Positions 51,789-62,044 of a stretch of DNA of 64,000 bases are shown in pieces. Source of the stretch: Candidatus Parcubacteria bacterium (GTDB lineage: Bacteria > Patescibacteriota > Minisyncoccia > JACPXH01); the NCBI GenBank assembly GCA_016196625.1, contig JACPXH010000007.1, positions 150,461 to 214,460 of the forward strand. The letters are read 5' to 3'. A program made the translations under genes and the position numbers. Below the pieces are notes generated by a model. It was not told the origin of the DNA, ran no database searches, and was given only the letters and a program-made list of their open reading frames with translations. Position 1 is the stretch's first letter, and each line of letters starts with the position of its first letter.

Positions 51789-53474
51789 TTGGATCCGGCC
51801 TTACTTTCTTACATTCTCGAGGCGCGCGCAGCGGGGCTCACCGATGACCAGATCGTCGAAGAGCTACAACGCGCAGGCTGGGACGAAACTGCCGTCAGGG
51901 AAGCAGTCGGCGCTTCGGAGTATCAGTCCTTTACCGGGCCTCCGGCGCTCTACACTCCCCGGCCCGAGAATCAGCTTGTGCGCCTCTTTCACAACGCCCG
52001 CCGCAGCCTTGGCTTCAAGATGGGCGTTGCTGTTTTGGGTCTTGCTGCCATTGGCGCAGGTGCGTATGCTGGCTGGCGCTATTACGATTCGCTTCCGGCC
52101 AAGGCCTTGGCAGACATGCCGCGCAAAATGGCTGATCTCAAGAGTGCCTCCTACCGGGCGGAAGTCAGAGTTCGGCTTGGTCCTTCCAGTAAAAAGTCCG
52201 CTGTCTTGAACGAGACAGACGTTCGGGTGGCGTTGGCTCAAGTGGAGCCAAATGCGGTTCAGGTTTTGCCTAAAGGAATCGAGAATGCCCAAATCGAGTG
52301 GCGGGTGAGCGGAGCATACGCCACCCGGGCTGGGGCGCCGAGCGACTTTTCGGCGCTCCTTGATTTCAACCTTGAGATGGGTCGGGAAACGATTGCGGTG
52401 ACCATTGAACTTCGGCAGGTGGAGGGCACGTTTTATTTGAGGCTCGTTAAGTTTCCCACTGAGCTATTGGGAGGGTTTTCGTCAGACGACTTGAGCCGCT
52501 ACCTCAACCAGTGGTACTCGTTCAAGATCGAAAGCCTCAAGAAGTATCTGCCCGATTTTGAACGCGAAAGCGTGAACGCGAATCTCAATCTAGACCAAGA
52601 GCAAAAAATCAGAGCGCTCGTGGCGAAAGCCAATCTGTACCACATTCAGTCTGTAACCCGCAACGAAAAAGTTGAGGGTGCGGGCGTGTACCGTTACCTC
52701 GTAAATCTGCTTACGGAAAACTTTATCACCCTCGTGCGTGAGGCTTCGGCCGTGCTCAACGAGCGGGCCCTTACGCCGGAGGCGGAAGCCGGATTGCGCA
52801 ACGTTCTCGGGCAGTTCGCCCAGGCCAAGGTGCAGTTGTGGGTTGGCAAGGACGATCACCTGCTGCGCCGGTCGCATATCACGATTGACGATCTTGGCGT
52901 GGGCGGGTATTCCCTGCCAGCTGAAATAACCCTTGAACTTTCCGACTTCAACCGGGCTGTCGTTACCGCCCCCGAAGGCGCTCTGCCGCTGGAAAAGGTG
53001 ATTGAGGACGCACTCAATGCTTCTCGTATCAAGTCTCGCGATGCGCGCCGTCTGGCCGATATGCGCCAGATTCAGCTGGCGCTCGAACTGTTTGCCGACA
53101 ATCACCGGCAAGCCTACCCTCCAGACATCTATGCTCTTACCCCCTGCGGCCGCGCCAGCGCTTGCGGCCTTGCTTCGCCCGATGCCTGCGGCAGCACGTC
53201 GTGCATCGCTGTGGTGCCGGTTGATCCGTTGGATGGCGGGCGGTACGTGTATAATCCACACCTGACCCGCCGCACGATTGATGCGTATCACCTCGGTACA
53301 AGCCTGGAAGATCCAGCCAGAGCAGAGCTGCAAAGCGATCGCGACTGCAATTCGGCCACCGGCGAAAATTGTCCCTTTCCTTCAGGCTGGGATAAACTGA
53401 AGGTCTTCAACGGCTCTGACCGCCAGGGCTGTTTAGGCGAGGCTGGCCGCGCGTGCTACGATCTGACACCCTGA
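51789..53474 (+). CDS. Membrane-anchored protein with beta-rich central domain and C-terminal pseudopilin (GspG-like) domain
   Basis: TM segment near residues 78-97; SRDARRLADMRQIQLALELF..YP..VPVDP..YVY; Cys-rich end. Confidence 0.7.
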   Translation: MDPALLSYILEARAAGLTDDQIVEELQRAGWDETAVREAVGASEYQSFTGPPALYTPRPENQLVRLFHNARRSLGFKMGVAVLGLAAIGAGAYAGWRYYDSLPAKALADMPRKMADLKSASYRAEVRVRLGPSSKKSAVLNETDVRVALAQVEPNAVQVLPKGIENAQIEWRVSGAYATRAGAPSDFSALLDFNLEMGRETIAVTIELRQVEGTFYLRLVKFPTELLGGFSSDDLSRYLNQWYSFKIESLKKYLPDFERESVNANLNLDQEQKIRALVAKANLYHIQSVTRNEKVEGAGVYRYLVNLLTENFITLVREASAVLNERALTPEAEAGLRNVLGQFAQAKVQLWVGKDDHLLRRSHITIDDLGVGGYSLPAEITLELSDFNRAVVTAPEGALPLEKVIEDALNASRIKSRDARRLADMRQIQLALELFADNHRQAYPPDIYALTPCGRASACGLASPDACGSTSCIAVVPVDPLDGGRYVYNPHLTRRTIDAYHLGTSLEDPARAELQSDRDCNSATGENCPFPSGWDKLKVFNGSDRQGCLGEAGRACYDLTP

Positions 53475-53532
53475 GTGGGCGCGAAAAGCCGATGAAGCTA
53501 GGTGAAGCCATACGTTTAGAAGGTTTAAATCT

Positions 53533-54549
53533 ATGGACCCAACTCTAGAATCTTATATCCGTGAAGCCCGCGCGGCAGGCAAATCCGAAGCTCAAATTCG
53601 GACCGAACTGTATGAGCAAGGCTGGCCCGAGCATGTGGCTGACGAAGCCCTCACCGGCAGGGCAGCGAGCAGCCAAACGGGCGAACTGAAGCCTTTTGGA
53701 GAATTATTTACCCAAACGCGCCGTAGCTACGGGTACTTATTTCGTATTTTCTGGCCGGTGTTCGCGCTGCTTTTTGTTTTGCAGGTGGTCCCCTCGTTCT
53801 TGCCGGGTGGCGCGTCGGCCGCGGTCGTGCTTCAAGGCGCGGTTTGGCTTGCGGCGTTGGTGTTAACAATGCTTTTGCCCATCGCCATGATTTTGGCGCT
53901 TGATCAGCGCGAGCGCGCCAACCCGACCCCGAATTTGGTTGGGCTCTGGCGCGAGGCACGCTCGAAATTCTGGGGGTTTGTGTGGGTGGGGATGGTATCT
54001 ACGCTGGTGGTCATGGGGGGATTTGTGGCGCTGGTCGTGCCCGGGCTCGTGCTTTCTATCCAGAACTTTTTCGCAAGTTATATCTACGTGTTGGAGGGGC
54101 GCCGGGGGCTTGCGGCGGTGGAAACGAGTCGGCAGATGGTGCGAGGGTTGGGCTGGCCGGTGTTCGGACGTCTTTTCCTGATGGGACTTATGGCTATGGC
54201 GGTGTTTTTAGTGGTGGTTGTCATCACCGTGCTTCTGGCTATTCCCGCCTTCATTCATATTACGCCCGGCTCGGCCCCGTATCCCTCTCCGGAGCCGAAG
54301 CTTACGCCCATGCAGGAAGCGGCGGTGAACGGCCTCCAAGGGTTAGCGAACCTGTTTCTGTTTCCCGTTTTTGCCGCCTTTCCGTACTGGCTCTACCGTG
54401 AAGTGCGGCGATTGCGCGGCGCGCCCGAGGTACAACAGCCCTCGCAGAGTACCAAGGTGTTTTTGGGTTTGGGCATCGCGGGGGTGGCGGTGTTTTTGGC
54501 GGCCTTCCTGTCTGTTATTGCCTTGGCTATCCGGAAATTTATAGGATAG
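53533..54549 (+). CDS. Multi-pass membrane protein
   Basis: About 6-7 TM segments; E.RRGL.A..TSRQMVRG.GW.VFGR motif. Confidence 0.75.
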   Translation: MDPTLESYIREARAAGKSEAQIRTELYEQGWPEHVADEALTGRAASSQTGELKPFGELFTQTRRSYGYLFRIFWPVFALLFVLQVVPSFLPGGASAAVVLQGAVWLAALVLTMLLPIAMILALDQRERANPTPNLVGLWREARSKFWGFVWVGMVSTLVVMGGFVALVVPGLVLSIQNFFASYIYVLEGRRGLAAVETSRQMVRGLGWPVFGRLFLMGLMAMAVFLVVVVITVLLAIPAFIHITPGSAPYPSPEPKLTPMQEAAVNGLQGLANLFLFPVFAAFPYWLYREVRRLRGAPEVQQPSQSTKVFLGLGIAGVAVFLAAFLSVIALAIRKFIG

Positions 54550-54560
54550 ACTGAAAGCCC

Positions 54561-54645
54561 GGTGAGGTGGCCGAGCGGTCTAAGGCGCACGCTTGGAGCG
54601 CGTGTATACCGAAAGGTATCGTGGGTTCGAATCCCACCCTCACCG
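54561..54645 (+). tRNA. tRNA-Ser(GGA), CCA not encoded
   Basis: GGTGAGGTGGCCGAGCGGTCTAAGGCG CACGC-TTGGAGC-GCGTG, long variable arm, GTGGGTTCGAATCCCAC CCTCACCG. Confidence 0.92.
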
Positions 54646-54815
54646 CATTATACTTTCTTTGGCCATCTCTTGATGGTTAAAGAAAGTATAAATAGGGTAC
54701 GGTGGGATTCGAAGGGTAGTTCTGCAACGCAAACTGCTTTGCGTTGCAGAACACCCGGGCTGCGGAGGAGGAGCGGAGCATGTGCCGCAGGCACGGCGAA
54801 GCGACGGGGGAGAAG

Positions 54816-54835
54816 GAATCCCACCCTCACCGCCA
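54816..54835 (+). repeat. Duplicated tRNA-Ser 3' end
   Basis: GAATCCCACCCTCACCGCCA; inverted T-arm copy GGTGGGATTCGAA at 54701-54713. Confidence 0.85.
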
Positions 54836-54871
54836 GTGTATCCTTTCATGTTTTTGCGATTACGTTGGCCT

Positions 54872-55330
54872 ATGATCAAATTTATTATCGCGGCAGTTGT
54901 ATTAGTGGGCGTTGGTGTCGCCATCTATTATGGCCGGTTTTTGTTCACGAAGAAGGTCGTACGGGAAGAAGTGCCGGTAGAGATGAAGGCCTCGAGTCGC
55001 AGCCTGCGAGAAGGATCCTTCGAAAACATTGATTTCATCCACAAAGGTTCTGGCAGGGCGCTCATATTGGAAGATGCCAACGGACACAAGCTGCTGCGGT
55101 TTGAAAATTTAGAAGTTACGAACGGTCCGGATCTCTATGTGTACCTTTCCCGAAATCCCCGACCGACGAAAGACAAGGATAGTTTGGGAGATTTCATCAA
55201 CCTTGGTCGGCTCAAGGGAAATGTCGGCGACCAAAACTACGAGCTTACCCAGAACAGCGACGGCTATCAAAGCGTGGTGATCTGGTGCCGTCAGTTCAAC
55301 GCCCTCTTTTCTTTCGCGACTTTGAGATAA
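54872..55330 (+). CDS. DM13-domain protein
   Basis: HKGSG.A, LRFEN..VTNGPDLYVYLS, LG.LKGNVGDQNY, VVIWCRQF. Confidence 0.88.
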   Translation: MIKFIIAAVVLVGVGVAIYYGRFLFTKKVVREEVPVEMKASSRSLREGSFENIDFIHKGSGRALILEDANGHKLLRFENLEVTNGPDLYVYLSRNPRPTKDKDSLGDFINLGRLKGNVGDQNYELTQNSDGYQSVVIWCRQFNALFSFATLR

Positions 55331-55395
55331 TTTTTTGGATCCGGGCGCCCGAGGCAGGTAGATGGATTTTGTAACAGGCGTGCCCAGCGCTACCC

Positions 55396-57258
55396 ATGAA
55401 TTCACCCATTGACGACATCAAATCGCGGCTCAACATCGTTGACGTCGTGGGCTCGTACCTCCGGCTTCAGAAAGCCGGCATAAACTTTCGAGCACTCTGT
55501 CCGTTTCATAACGAAAAAACCCCGTCGTTTTTCGTCTCGCCCGCGCGCCAGAGCTGGAGGTGTTTTGGGTGCTCGAAAGGGGGCGATATGTTCGGGTTCA
55601 TCAAGGAGATTGAGGGCGTGGAGTTTCCGGAGGCGCTTCGAATGTTGGCCGATCGGGCCGGTGTTACGCTTCGGGCGGTTGATCCGTCTCTCATCTCTGA
55701 ACGCACGAAACTCTTCGATATTTGCGAGGCTGCCGCCAGATTCTTTGAGCGGGAGCTGGAGACTTCCGTTGGCGGCAAAGCGGCGTGGACGTATCTGCAG
55801 GAACGGGCGGTGTCTCTTGAGACGCGCCGGGCTTTTCGTCTGGGCTTTGCGCCGGCGCGCTGGGACGGACTGCTCAAAGAGCTTCGCTCGGCCGGTTTTC
55901 GCGATGGCGACGCGGAGCGCGCCGGTCTTGCCGTTCCCAGCCGGAACGAAAATCGAGCCGAGCGCCACTATGATCGGTTTCGATCAAGAATCATATTCCC
56001 CATTTTTGATCTGTCCGGAAAGGTGGTGGGGTTTAGCGGGCGGATATTTGGCGAATCAGGAATCGAGAATCAGGAATCAGGGAATGTGGAGGCTAAGTAC
56101 ATCAATACTCCGCAGACTCCCATTTACGACAAGGGGAGCATTCTTTACGGTTTGGACAAGGCAAAAGTTCCCATCCGCAAGGAAGATCGGGCGGTGCTGG
56201 TGGAGGGGAATATGGATGCGCTCATGAGCCATCAGGCCGGAATTGCGGCCACGGTGGCCACTTCCGGAACCGCGCTCACCGACCACCACTTAAAGCTCCT
56301 CAAGCGCTATAGCGAGCAGGTCGTGATGGCCTTTGACGAAGATTCGGCCGGCGCGGCCGCGACCAGACGCGGGGTGGAGCTGGCGCATCGAGCCGGCATG
56401 AACGTGCGGATCGTGTCGGTGGCAGGAGCCAAAGACCCGGCCGACCTCGTCAAAGAAAACGCCGAGGCGTGGCGTACGGCCGTGGCCTCGGCCAAACCGA
56501 TTTTGGATTTTTTCTTTGAGAAGATTACCAAGCAGTTTTTACCCCGAAGCGTGGAAGGGAAAAAAGCGATCGGCCGAGAGTTTCTGCCAATCCTGGCGCT
56601 CACCGCAAACCGGATTGAGCAGGCGCATTGGGTGGGCGAAGTGTCGCAGGCACTCGGGGTGCGCGAAGAGGCGGTGTGGGCAGAACTGGTTAAGGCCGAG
56701 CCCGGCGAGTCGCGCGCACCGGCTCGAGCAGGCATCGCGGCGTCCCGGCCGCAACCGACGCGTTCGCGCCTGGAGCGGCTTGAAGAAGAGGTGTTGGCCG
56801 CAGCGCTTGGCGCAGAGAGCCGCCAAGAGCTGCTCGCGCATCTGGAAAATCCTTGCATCTCCGCGCCCGCGCGGGTATTCTTTGGCCTGCTGCAGAGTGC
56901 TGACGTTTCGGCGCTCGAAGCTGACGGCTGGCGCAGGGGAGTGGATGAGAGCTATCATGGGTATATTGAAAACGTAGTGTGGCTTTCTGAAACTCTGCCT
57001 TCCACCCCGGACGAGCGCGCGGCCACGTTCGTCGAGGGCGTGCGGCAGTTGACGAAACTCAAGGCGCAAAGCGAGCTTGAAGCGCTGGCGGACGAAATTC
57101 GAGCGGCCGAGCGGGCCGGAGAAGAGGAGCGAACGGAGAATTTACTCAGGCGTTTTCAGGAGGTTGCGGCGGGTTTGATAACCGATCCGGCGTCTCCAAA
57201 ACAGCCTGCCAGCAGCCGGCCTTATCCGCCCAACTGGCCAGAGCCAAAGACCGTTTAA
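55396..57258 (+). CDS. dnaG: DNA primase
   Basis: [15 protein letters not shown] zinc finger, [36 protein letters not shown]. Confidence 0.97.
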   Translation: MNSPIDDIKSRLNIVDVVGSYLRLQKAGINFRALCPFHNEKTPSFFVSPARQSWRCFGCSKGGDMFGFIKEIEGVEFPEALRMLADRAGVTLRAVDPSLISERTKLFDICEAAARFFERELETSVGGKAAWTYLQERAVSLETRRAFRLGFAPARWDGLLKELRSAGFRDGDAERAGLAVPSRNENRAERHYDRFRSRIIFPIFDLSGKVVGFSGRIFGESGIENQESGNVEAKYINTPQTPIYDKGSILYGLDKAKVPIRKEDRAVLVEGNMDALMSHQAGIAATVATSGTALTDHHLKLLKRYSEQVVMAFDEDSAGAAATRRGVELAHRAGMNVRIVSVAGAKDPADLVKENAEAWRTAVASAKPILDFFFEKITKQFLPRSVEGKKAIGREFLPILALTANRIEQAHWVGEVSQALGVREEAVWAELVKAEPGESRAPARAGIAASRPQPTRSRLERLEEEVLAAALGAESRQELLAHLENPCISAPARVFFGLLQSADVSALEADGWRRGVDESYHGYIENVVWLSETLPSTPDERAATFVEGVRQLTKLKAQSELEALADEIRAAERAGEEERTENLLRRFQEVAAGLITDPASPKQPASSRPYPPNWPEPKTV

Positions 57259-57266
57259 TTTATTTT

Positions 57267-58487
57267 ATGAAACGAAAGTCCGCAAAATCTGGCGGGCGGT
57301 CAAAACCTGCGCTCCGCAAGGGCAGTCGCAGCCCGGTCAAAGCGGTTGCGCGCCGAGCTCCCCGCAAGAGCCGGCCGCCCCGTCCGGCCAAAAAAGTTGA
57401 AGCGCCGCGCGTGACCGAAGAAAAAATTGCCAAGCTCATCGCCAAAGCCAAAGGCCGGGGGTTCATTACATACGCCGAGATTCTCCATTCCGTCCCGGAG
57501 ATCGAAAAGGACATTCAGGGCTTGGAGCTTCTCTACGATCGGCTGGAAGAGGCCAACATTAAAATCAAGGAGGCGCGTGAGCTCTTGGAGGTGGCCGCGG
57601 AGCACGAATCCGAAGAATCCGAACGCCGGCGCGCCTCTTACGCGCTGGACGCGGATCTCACTTCCGATTCGGTGCAGATGTACTTGCGTGAGATTGGTCG
57701 GGTGCCGTTGCTCAACGCCGATCAGGAAAAGGAGCTCGCGCGCGGCATCGAGAAAGGCGATACCCACGCGCGCGAGAAACTGATCAATTCAAACCTGCGG
57801 CTAGTGGTGTCCATTGCGAAACGCTACGTGGGCCGCAGTCCCAACCTGACGCTTCTGGATTTGATTCAGGAGGGTAATTCAGGCCTCATGAAGGCGGTCG
57901 AAAAGTTTGACTACCGCAAAGGCTACAAGTTTTCAACCTATGCGACTTGGTGGATCCGCCAAGCAATCACCCGAGCCCTCGCCGATCAAGCGCGGACGAT
58001 TCGGATTCCTGTACACATGGTTGAGACCATATCCAAATACACGCAGGTCAAGCGCCGGCTACTCCAAGATTTGGGGCGTGAGCCGCTGCCCGAAGAGGTG
58101 GCGGCCGAGATGGGGGTCGAAGTTGAGAAAGTACGCTACATCATGAAAATTTCCCAAGAGACTCTGTCTTTGGAAGCACCGGTGGGCGAGGGCGAAGAGG
58201 ATAGCATGCTGGGAGATTTCATCGAGGACGAAAAAGAACTTTCGCCCAATCAGGTGGCCGCCTTAAACTTATTGAGAGATCAGGTGCGCGAGGTGCTGGT
58301 AGATTTGATGCCCAGAGAGCAGCGGATTTTGCGGATGCGTTTCGGGCTTGACGATGGGGTTACGCATACGCTGGAAGAAGTGGGGCGTGAATTTGGGGTT
58401 ACGCGCGAACGGATACGTCAGATCGAGGCCAAGGCCCTCGAGAAAATTCGTCAGCATCGTTTGGTCAAAAAACTCGAAGGTTACTGA
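57267..58487 (+). CDS. rpoD: RNA polymerase primary sigma factor
   Basis: [57 protein letters not shown]. Confidence 0.97.
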   Translation: MKRKSAKSGGRSKPALRKGSRSPVKAVARRAPRKSRPPRPAKKVEAPRVTEEKIAKLIAKAKGRGFITYAEILHSVPEIEKDIQGLELLYDRLEEANIKIKEARELLEVAAEHESEESERRRASYALDADLTSDSVQMYLREIGRVPLLNADQEKELARGIEKGDTHAREKLINSNLRLVVSIAKRYVGRSPNLTLLDLIQEGNSGLMKAVEKFDYRKGYKFSTYATWWIRQAITRALADQARTIRIPVHMVETISKYTQVKRRLLQDLGREPLPEEVAAEMGVEVEKVRYIMKISQETLSLEAPVGEGEEDSMLGDFIEDEKELSPNQVAALNLLRDQVREVLVDLMPREQRILRMRFGLDDGVTHTLEEVGREFGVTRERIRQIEAKALEKIRQHRLVKKLEGY

Positions 58488-58533
58488 TTGAGCCTTGGCG
58501 GCTCGGCGCGCGCCTCCGACCGCGGTCCAACAT

Positions 58534-59250
58534 ATGGTCGCTTTGCGAAAACCGGCGTTGGTCTTTGCGCTTGGAACCGCCGGTGCCGTGGCGGCAGCGG
58601 CCCTCTTTGCGTTTGGTTTCGGAGGAGCGGCGTTCTTTCGAGCGCGGAGCGATCTGGCCGCGACCATACCTCTGGCCGTGCCAATAGTCAGCCTCGTGCC
58701 GGCCGAAGTTGAGACCACCCAACGCGATATCCCGGCGCTTGCGCCGGCCGTGTTGCCGGAGGCGCCGCGCGCCTACCCCGACGTCCCCACTTCTTATGAG
58801 CAGAGTTTGTCTGAACATGACATTGTGACCGTGCGCGATTTTCTCGTCGGCTACGGCGCCAATTTTGTCGAAATTGATTTGGGCGTTCAGACCATGACGG
58901 CGTGGGAGCGGGGAAGTGTGCTTTGGACAAGCCGCATCTCCACGGGCCGCAAGGACAAACCCACCCGGGCCGGAGTCTGGAAGGTGTTAGACAAACTTGA
59001 TGTGGCGTGGGGGAGCGCCTACGATGACGGTTCGGCGCAGGTCTGGAAGATGCCGTATTGGCTTGGCATCTACTACGCCGGCGCCTCTGAAAACGGCATC
59101 CACGAATTGCCCTTCATAAATGGCGTGCGCGAGGGCGAACGGTCCTTGGGGCGCGCGGTCTCGCACGGGTGCGTTCGAGTACCCAAAGGCACGGCGAAAA
59201 CTCTCTTTGATTGGGTTCAAGTGGGCACGCCAGTGGTCATCCATCACTGA
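58534..59250 (+). CDS. L,D-transpeptidase (YkuD family)
   Basis: ISTGR..PT..G, MPYW, GIHELP, SHGCVR. Confidence 0.88.
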   Translation: MVALRKPALVFALGTAGAVAAAALFAFGFGGAAFFRARSDLAATIPLAVPIVSLVPAEVETTQRDIPALAPAVLPEAPRAYPDVPTSYEQSLSEHDIVTVRDFLVGYGANFVEIDLGVQTMTAWERGSVLWTSRISTGRKDKPTRAGVWKVLDKLDVAWGSAYDDGSAQVWKMPYWLGIYYAGASENGIHELPFINGVREGERSLGRAVSHGCVRVPKGTAKTLFDWVQVGTPVVIHH

Positions 59251-59368
59251 CGAGTTCGAACTCCTAAATTGTGCCTCCACAGGAAAAATGTTTGGTTTCG
59301 TGTATACTGGTGGTGGTAGCAGGTCGAAACAGAATAACTTATTTATTCCTTTAAGTTTCGTTGTGCTT

Positions 59369-59572
59369 ATGAGCAAATTCTCTATGACGTGCAGTTGTGG
59401 GGATGTCATGAGCGTTGAAGCTGAAAATCGAGAGGAAGCCGTTGCCAAGCTCAAAGCCATGATGACCGATGAAGCCGTGGCCGCGCACATGGCCGACAAG
59501 CACCCGGGCGATCCGGTGCTCCCAACGAGCCAAGTGCATGCCATGATTGAGCAGGGCACGCAGCCGGCTTAA
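59369..59572 (+). CDS. Small DUF1059-like metal-binding protein
   Basis: MTCSCG...AENREEAV...HMADKH; followed by hairpin at 59591-59623. Confidence 0.65.
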   Translation: MSKFSMTCSCGDVMSVEAENREEAVAKLKAMMTDEAVAAHMADKHPGDPVLPTSQVHAMIEQGTQPA

Positions 59573-59789
59573 ATATTTTCCGATCGGAACGAAACAGAGG
59601 GGTGGTTTCACTCCTCTGTTTTCGTTTCGAACCGTTTTTTGACGAAGCAGAGAACTTAAAAGGTGTGGTTTATAAAAAAGAGGCCCGTCCCGTGCAGATT
59701 GCGCAAAAAGCGCTTGCTTTAGGACGCTTTTCTGGTTCCGCGCGCTTCATGCATAGTGAATGTACATGGCTTTTAGGAATTGGTGGAGG

Positions 59790-60878
59790 TTAGGTGGCAA
59801 TCTTGAGAAAAACTTTCTCGTATTCATCTACCATTTTTTCAAGCCCAAAATTTTCCTCAGTGTGTTTACGGCAGAAGTTACGATCGATGTGATCAATCCT
59901 CTTCGTCGCCTCAACCATTTCTTCCACGGTGTTCACAATAAAACCAGTTTTCCCGTCAACCACAACTTCCGGGACTGAACCTCTACGAAATGCGACCACC
60001 GGCGTGCCCGCGGCCATTGATTCGATCATGACCAGCCCAAATGGTTCTTCCCACTGAATAGGCACAAGAGTTGCTTTTGCGTTGCCGTAATACTCGTAGA
60101 GTTCGCGCCTTGAAACAACGCCGATATGGCGGATTTTGTCTCTAAGATACGGCTTTACTTTTTTATCCCAGTATTCGCCGGTAACCGGCGGGCCAAGAAT
60201 CAAGAGTTCTTCGTCGGTTTTTCGCGCGACTTCCACCGCTTCAGCCACGCCTTTTTCAGGATGAAGCCTGCCTACAAATAAAAGATGATTTCCTTTCGGC
60301 TTTTGGATAAATGGTACTTCGCCGATGGCGATGCCGTTATAGATAGTTGCAAGATAATTCAGATCGGGAGCGGGAATTCGTTGGGCATCGCTAATGGATA
60401 CATAATATTGATTAGGCGATGAAAACATCTGAAACGCCTCGGCTCTCCACGGGTAAATCGGGTCGTGGAGTGTATAGACGGTTGGGATGCTGCGTATTGC
60501 ATACGCCAGAGGGAGTGCGCGGTCTACAGGATGAATGTGGACTATATCAAACTTGCCCTCTAGAGCTGCTTTATATATTGCCGAAAGGAGAAACTGATCC
60601 CAAAGATTGTAAATCTTCGCTCCTTCCGCGCCGCCAACATTTGATCCTGCTAAAATAGAAAGTTCTCCATTCTGGCGAAGGGCTTTCAATTTATTTGTCC
60701 TTACCTCCGATACCTTTATTTTTGACCCTTCTGGCGCAAAAAAGGTTACTTCGTGGCCGCGCCGAGTGAGCCCCTCGCTTATAGCCATCGCGATATCCAT
60801 CGGCGCATAGATGACGCCGAAGGGTGGGGGCGTAGTGAAGTGGCCAGTGACCATTGTGGCAATGCGAAGTTTCCTCAT
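59790..60878 (-). CDS. Glycosyltransferase family 4
   Basis: GHEVTFFA, IYNGI, FVGRLHPEKG, EEPFGLVMIESMAAGTPV. Confidence 0.93.
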   Translation of the reverse strand: MRKLRIATMVTGHFTTPPPFGVIYAPMDIAMAISEGLTRRGHEVTFFAPEGSKIKVSEVRTNKLKALRQNGELSILAGSNVGGAEGAKIYNLWDQFLLSAIYKAALEGKFDIVHIHPVDRALPLAYAIRSIPTVYTLHDPIYPWRAEAFQMFSSPNQYYVSISDAQRIPAPDLNYLATIYNGIAIGEVPFIQKPKGNHLLFVGRLHPEKGVAEAVEVARKTDEELLILGPPVTGEYWDKKVKPYLRDKIRHIGVVSRRELYEYYGNAKATLVPIQWEEPFGLVMIESMAAGTPVVAFRRGSVPEVVVDGKTGFIVNTVEEMVEATKRIDHIDRNFCRKHTEENFGLEKMVDEYEKVFLKIAT

Positions 60879-60880
60879 GA

Positions 60881-62044
60881 TTATTCCAAAAGAAAGTTTA
60901 ATAATGCTCCGCTTGCCCAAGCCTGCGGCGAGCACGCGACATAGATTTTTTCTATTTTCCCTTTGATTACCGTATATAGTTCCGGGATTTCTCCGAGGAC
61001 TTGATAGGCGTCAAGAAGGGCATATTTTATTTTTCCATACTCGCGCTCATGCCCACACTTTTTAAGTCCTTGAGCAATAATCCAGTTGTCGTGCGGCCAG
61101 ATAGAGCCGAGATGGTAGCTCATAGGATTGAAGTCGGGATTTGATTCGGCATGGGTGCGGATACCGTACGGCGTCCACATATCGTTTTGAAAAAGTCGAT
61201 TCACGACCGCTTTAATTTTATCATCTTCGCCGTCAAGAATCCCGCTGAAAAGGAGATGGCCGGGATTGGAAGAAATTCTGTTGTCTGGGAATTTTGATCC
61301 CGAAAGGGCGGTGGTAAAAAACTTTTCCTCGGGAAGCCAAAATTCTCTTATGACCGCTTCCTTTAATTTTTCGGCACGCGCGCGAAGCTTCTTTTCGAGA
61401 GATTCGTTTTTTAGCATTAACGCAAGCTCCGCGGCTCCGCGAAGCGCGGCGTAGTAATACCCTTGTGCCTCAACGAGCTCTATCGGCGGCGTGAGCCCCA
61501 AATGATCCATGCGGCTGTCTTTCCATCCTTGGTGGCGGAGGCCGACGGGATTTTTTCTTCCGTATTCAAGGAGCGTATCGCCGTCAAAATCTCCGTATTT
61601 TTCGCACCAATCCAGAGCGGAAACGATATGCGGCCAGTATTGGAGAAGCCACTCGGTATCCACGCTTTTTTCATAGTAGAGGCCGCACAGGTATATAAAA
61701 AGCGGGGTTGAATCCACCGAGCCGTAATACGGCAGAGGCCACGGCAGAAATTTATATTCCGATGGATTCTGGTGCCACTCATGGACGATTTTCCCCGGCT
61801 CTTCTTCGCTGGCGTTATCAATTTCTTTTCCTTGCAATTCAGCGAGCAACTCAATTGTCCGCCGGGCAATCATTGCGTCATAATCAATTAATTGCCACGA
61901 AACAATGCAGGAGTCCCTGGCAAAAAGAGCGGCAAATCTCGGGAGCCCCGCGCGAATATAGCCGAGTTCCGGGTCTCGCAATGTCTCAATGTCTTCTTCC
62001 AGCTCCTGTTTGATATTTCTAATCGCTATCTTTGCTTTAGGCAT
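60881..62044 (-). CDS. Amylo-alpha-1,6-glucosidase-like glycoside hydrolase (glycogen debranching C-terminal type)
   Basis: AGLP.F..LFARDS, EEPGKIVHE, YYGSVDSTPLF, QGWKDS, SYHLGSIWPHDN, CSPQAWAS. Confidence 0.88.
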   Translation of the reverse strand: MPKAKIAIRNIKQELEEDIETLRDPELGYIRAGLPRFAALFARDSCIVSWQLIDYDAMIARRTIELLAELQGKEIDNASEEEPGKIVHEWHQNPSEYKFLPWPLPYYGSVDSTPLFIYLCGLYYEKSVDTEWLLQYWPHIVSALDWCEKYGDFDGDTLLEYGRKNPVGLRHQGWKDSRMDHLGLTPPIELVEAQGYYYAALRGAAELALMLKNESLEKKLRARAEKLKEAVIREFWLPEEKFFTTALSGSKFPDNRISSNPGHLLFSGILDGEDDKIKAVVNRLFQNDMWTPYGIRTHAESNPDFNPMSYHLGSIWPHDNWIIAQGLKKCGHEREYGKIKYALLDAYQVLGEIPELYTVIKGKIEKIYVACSPQAWASGALLNFLLE

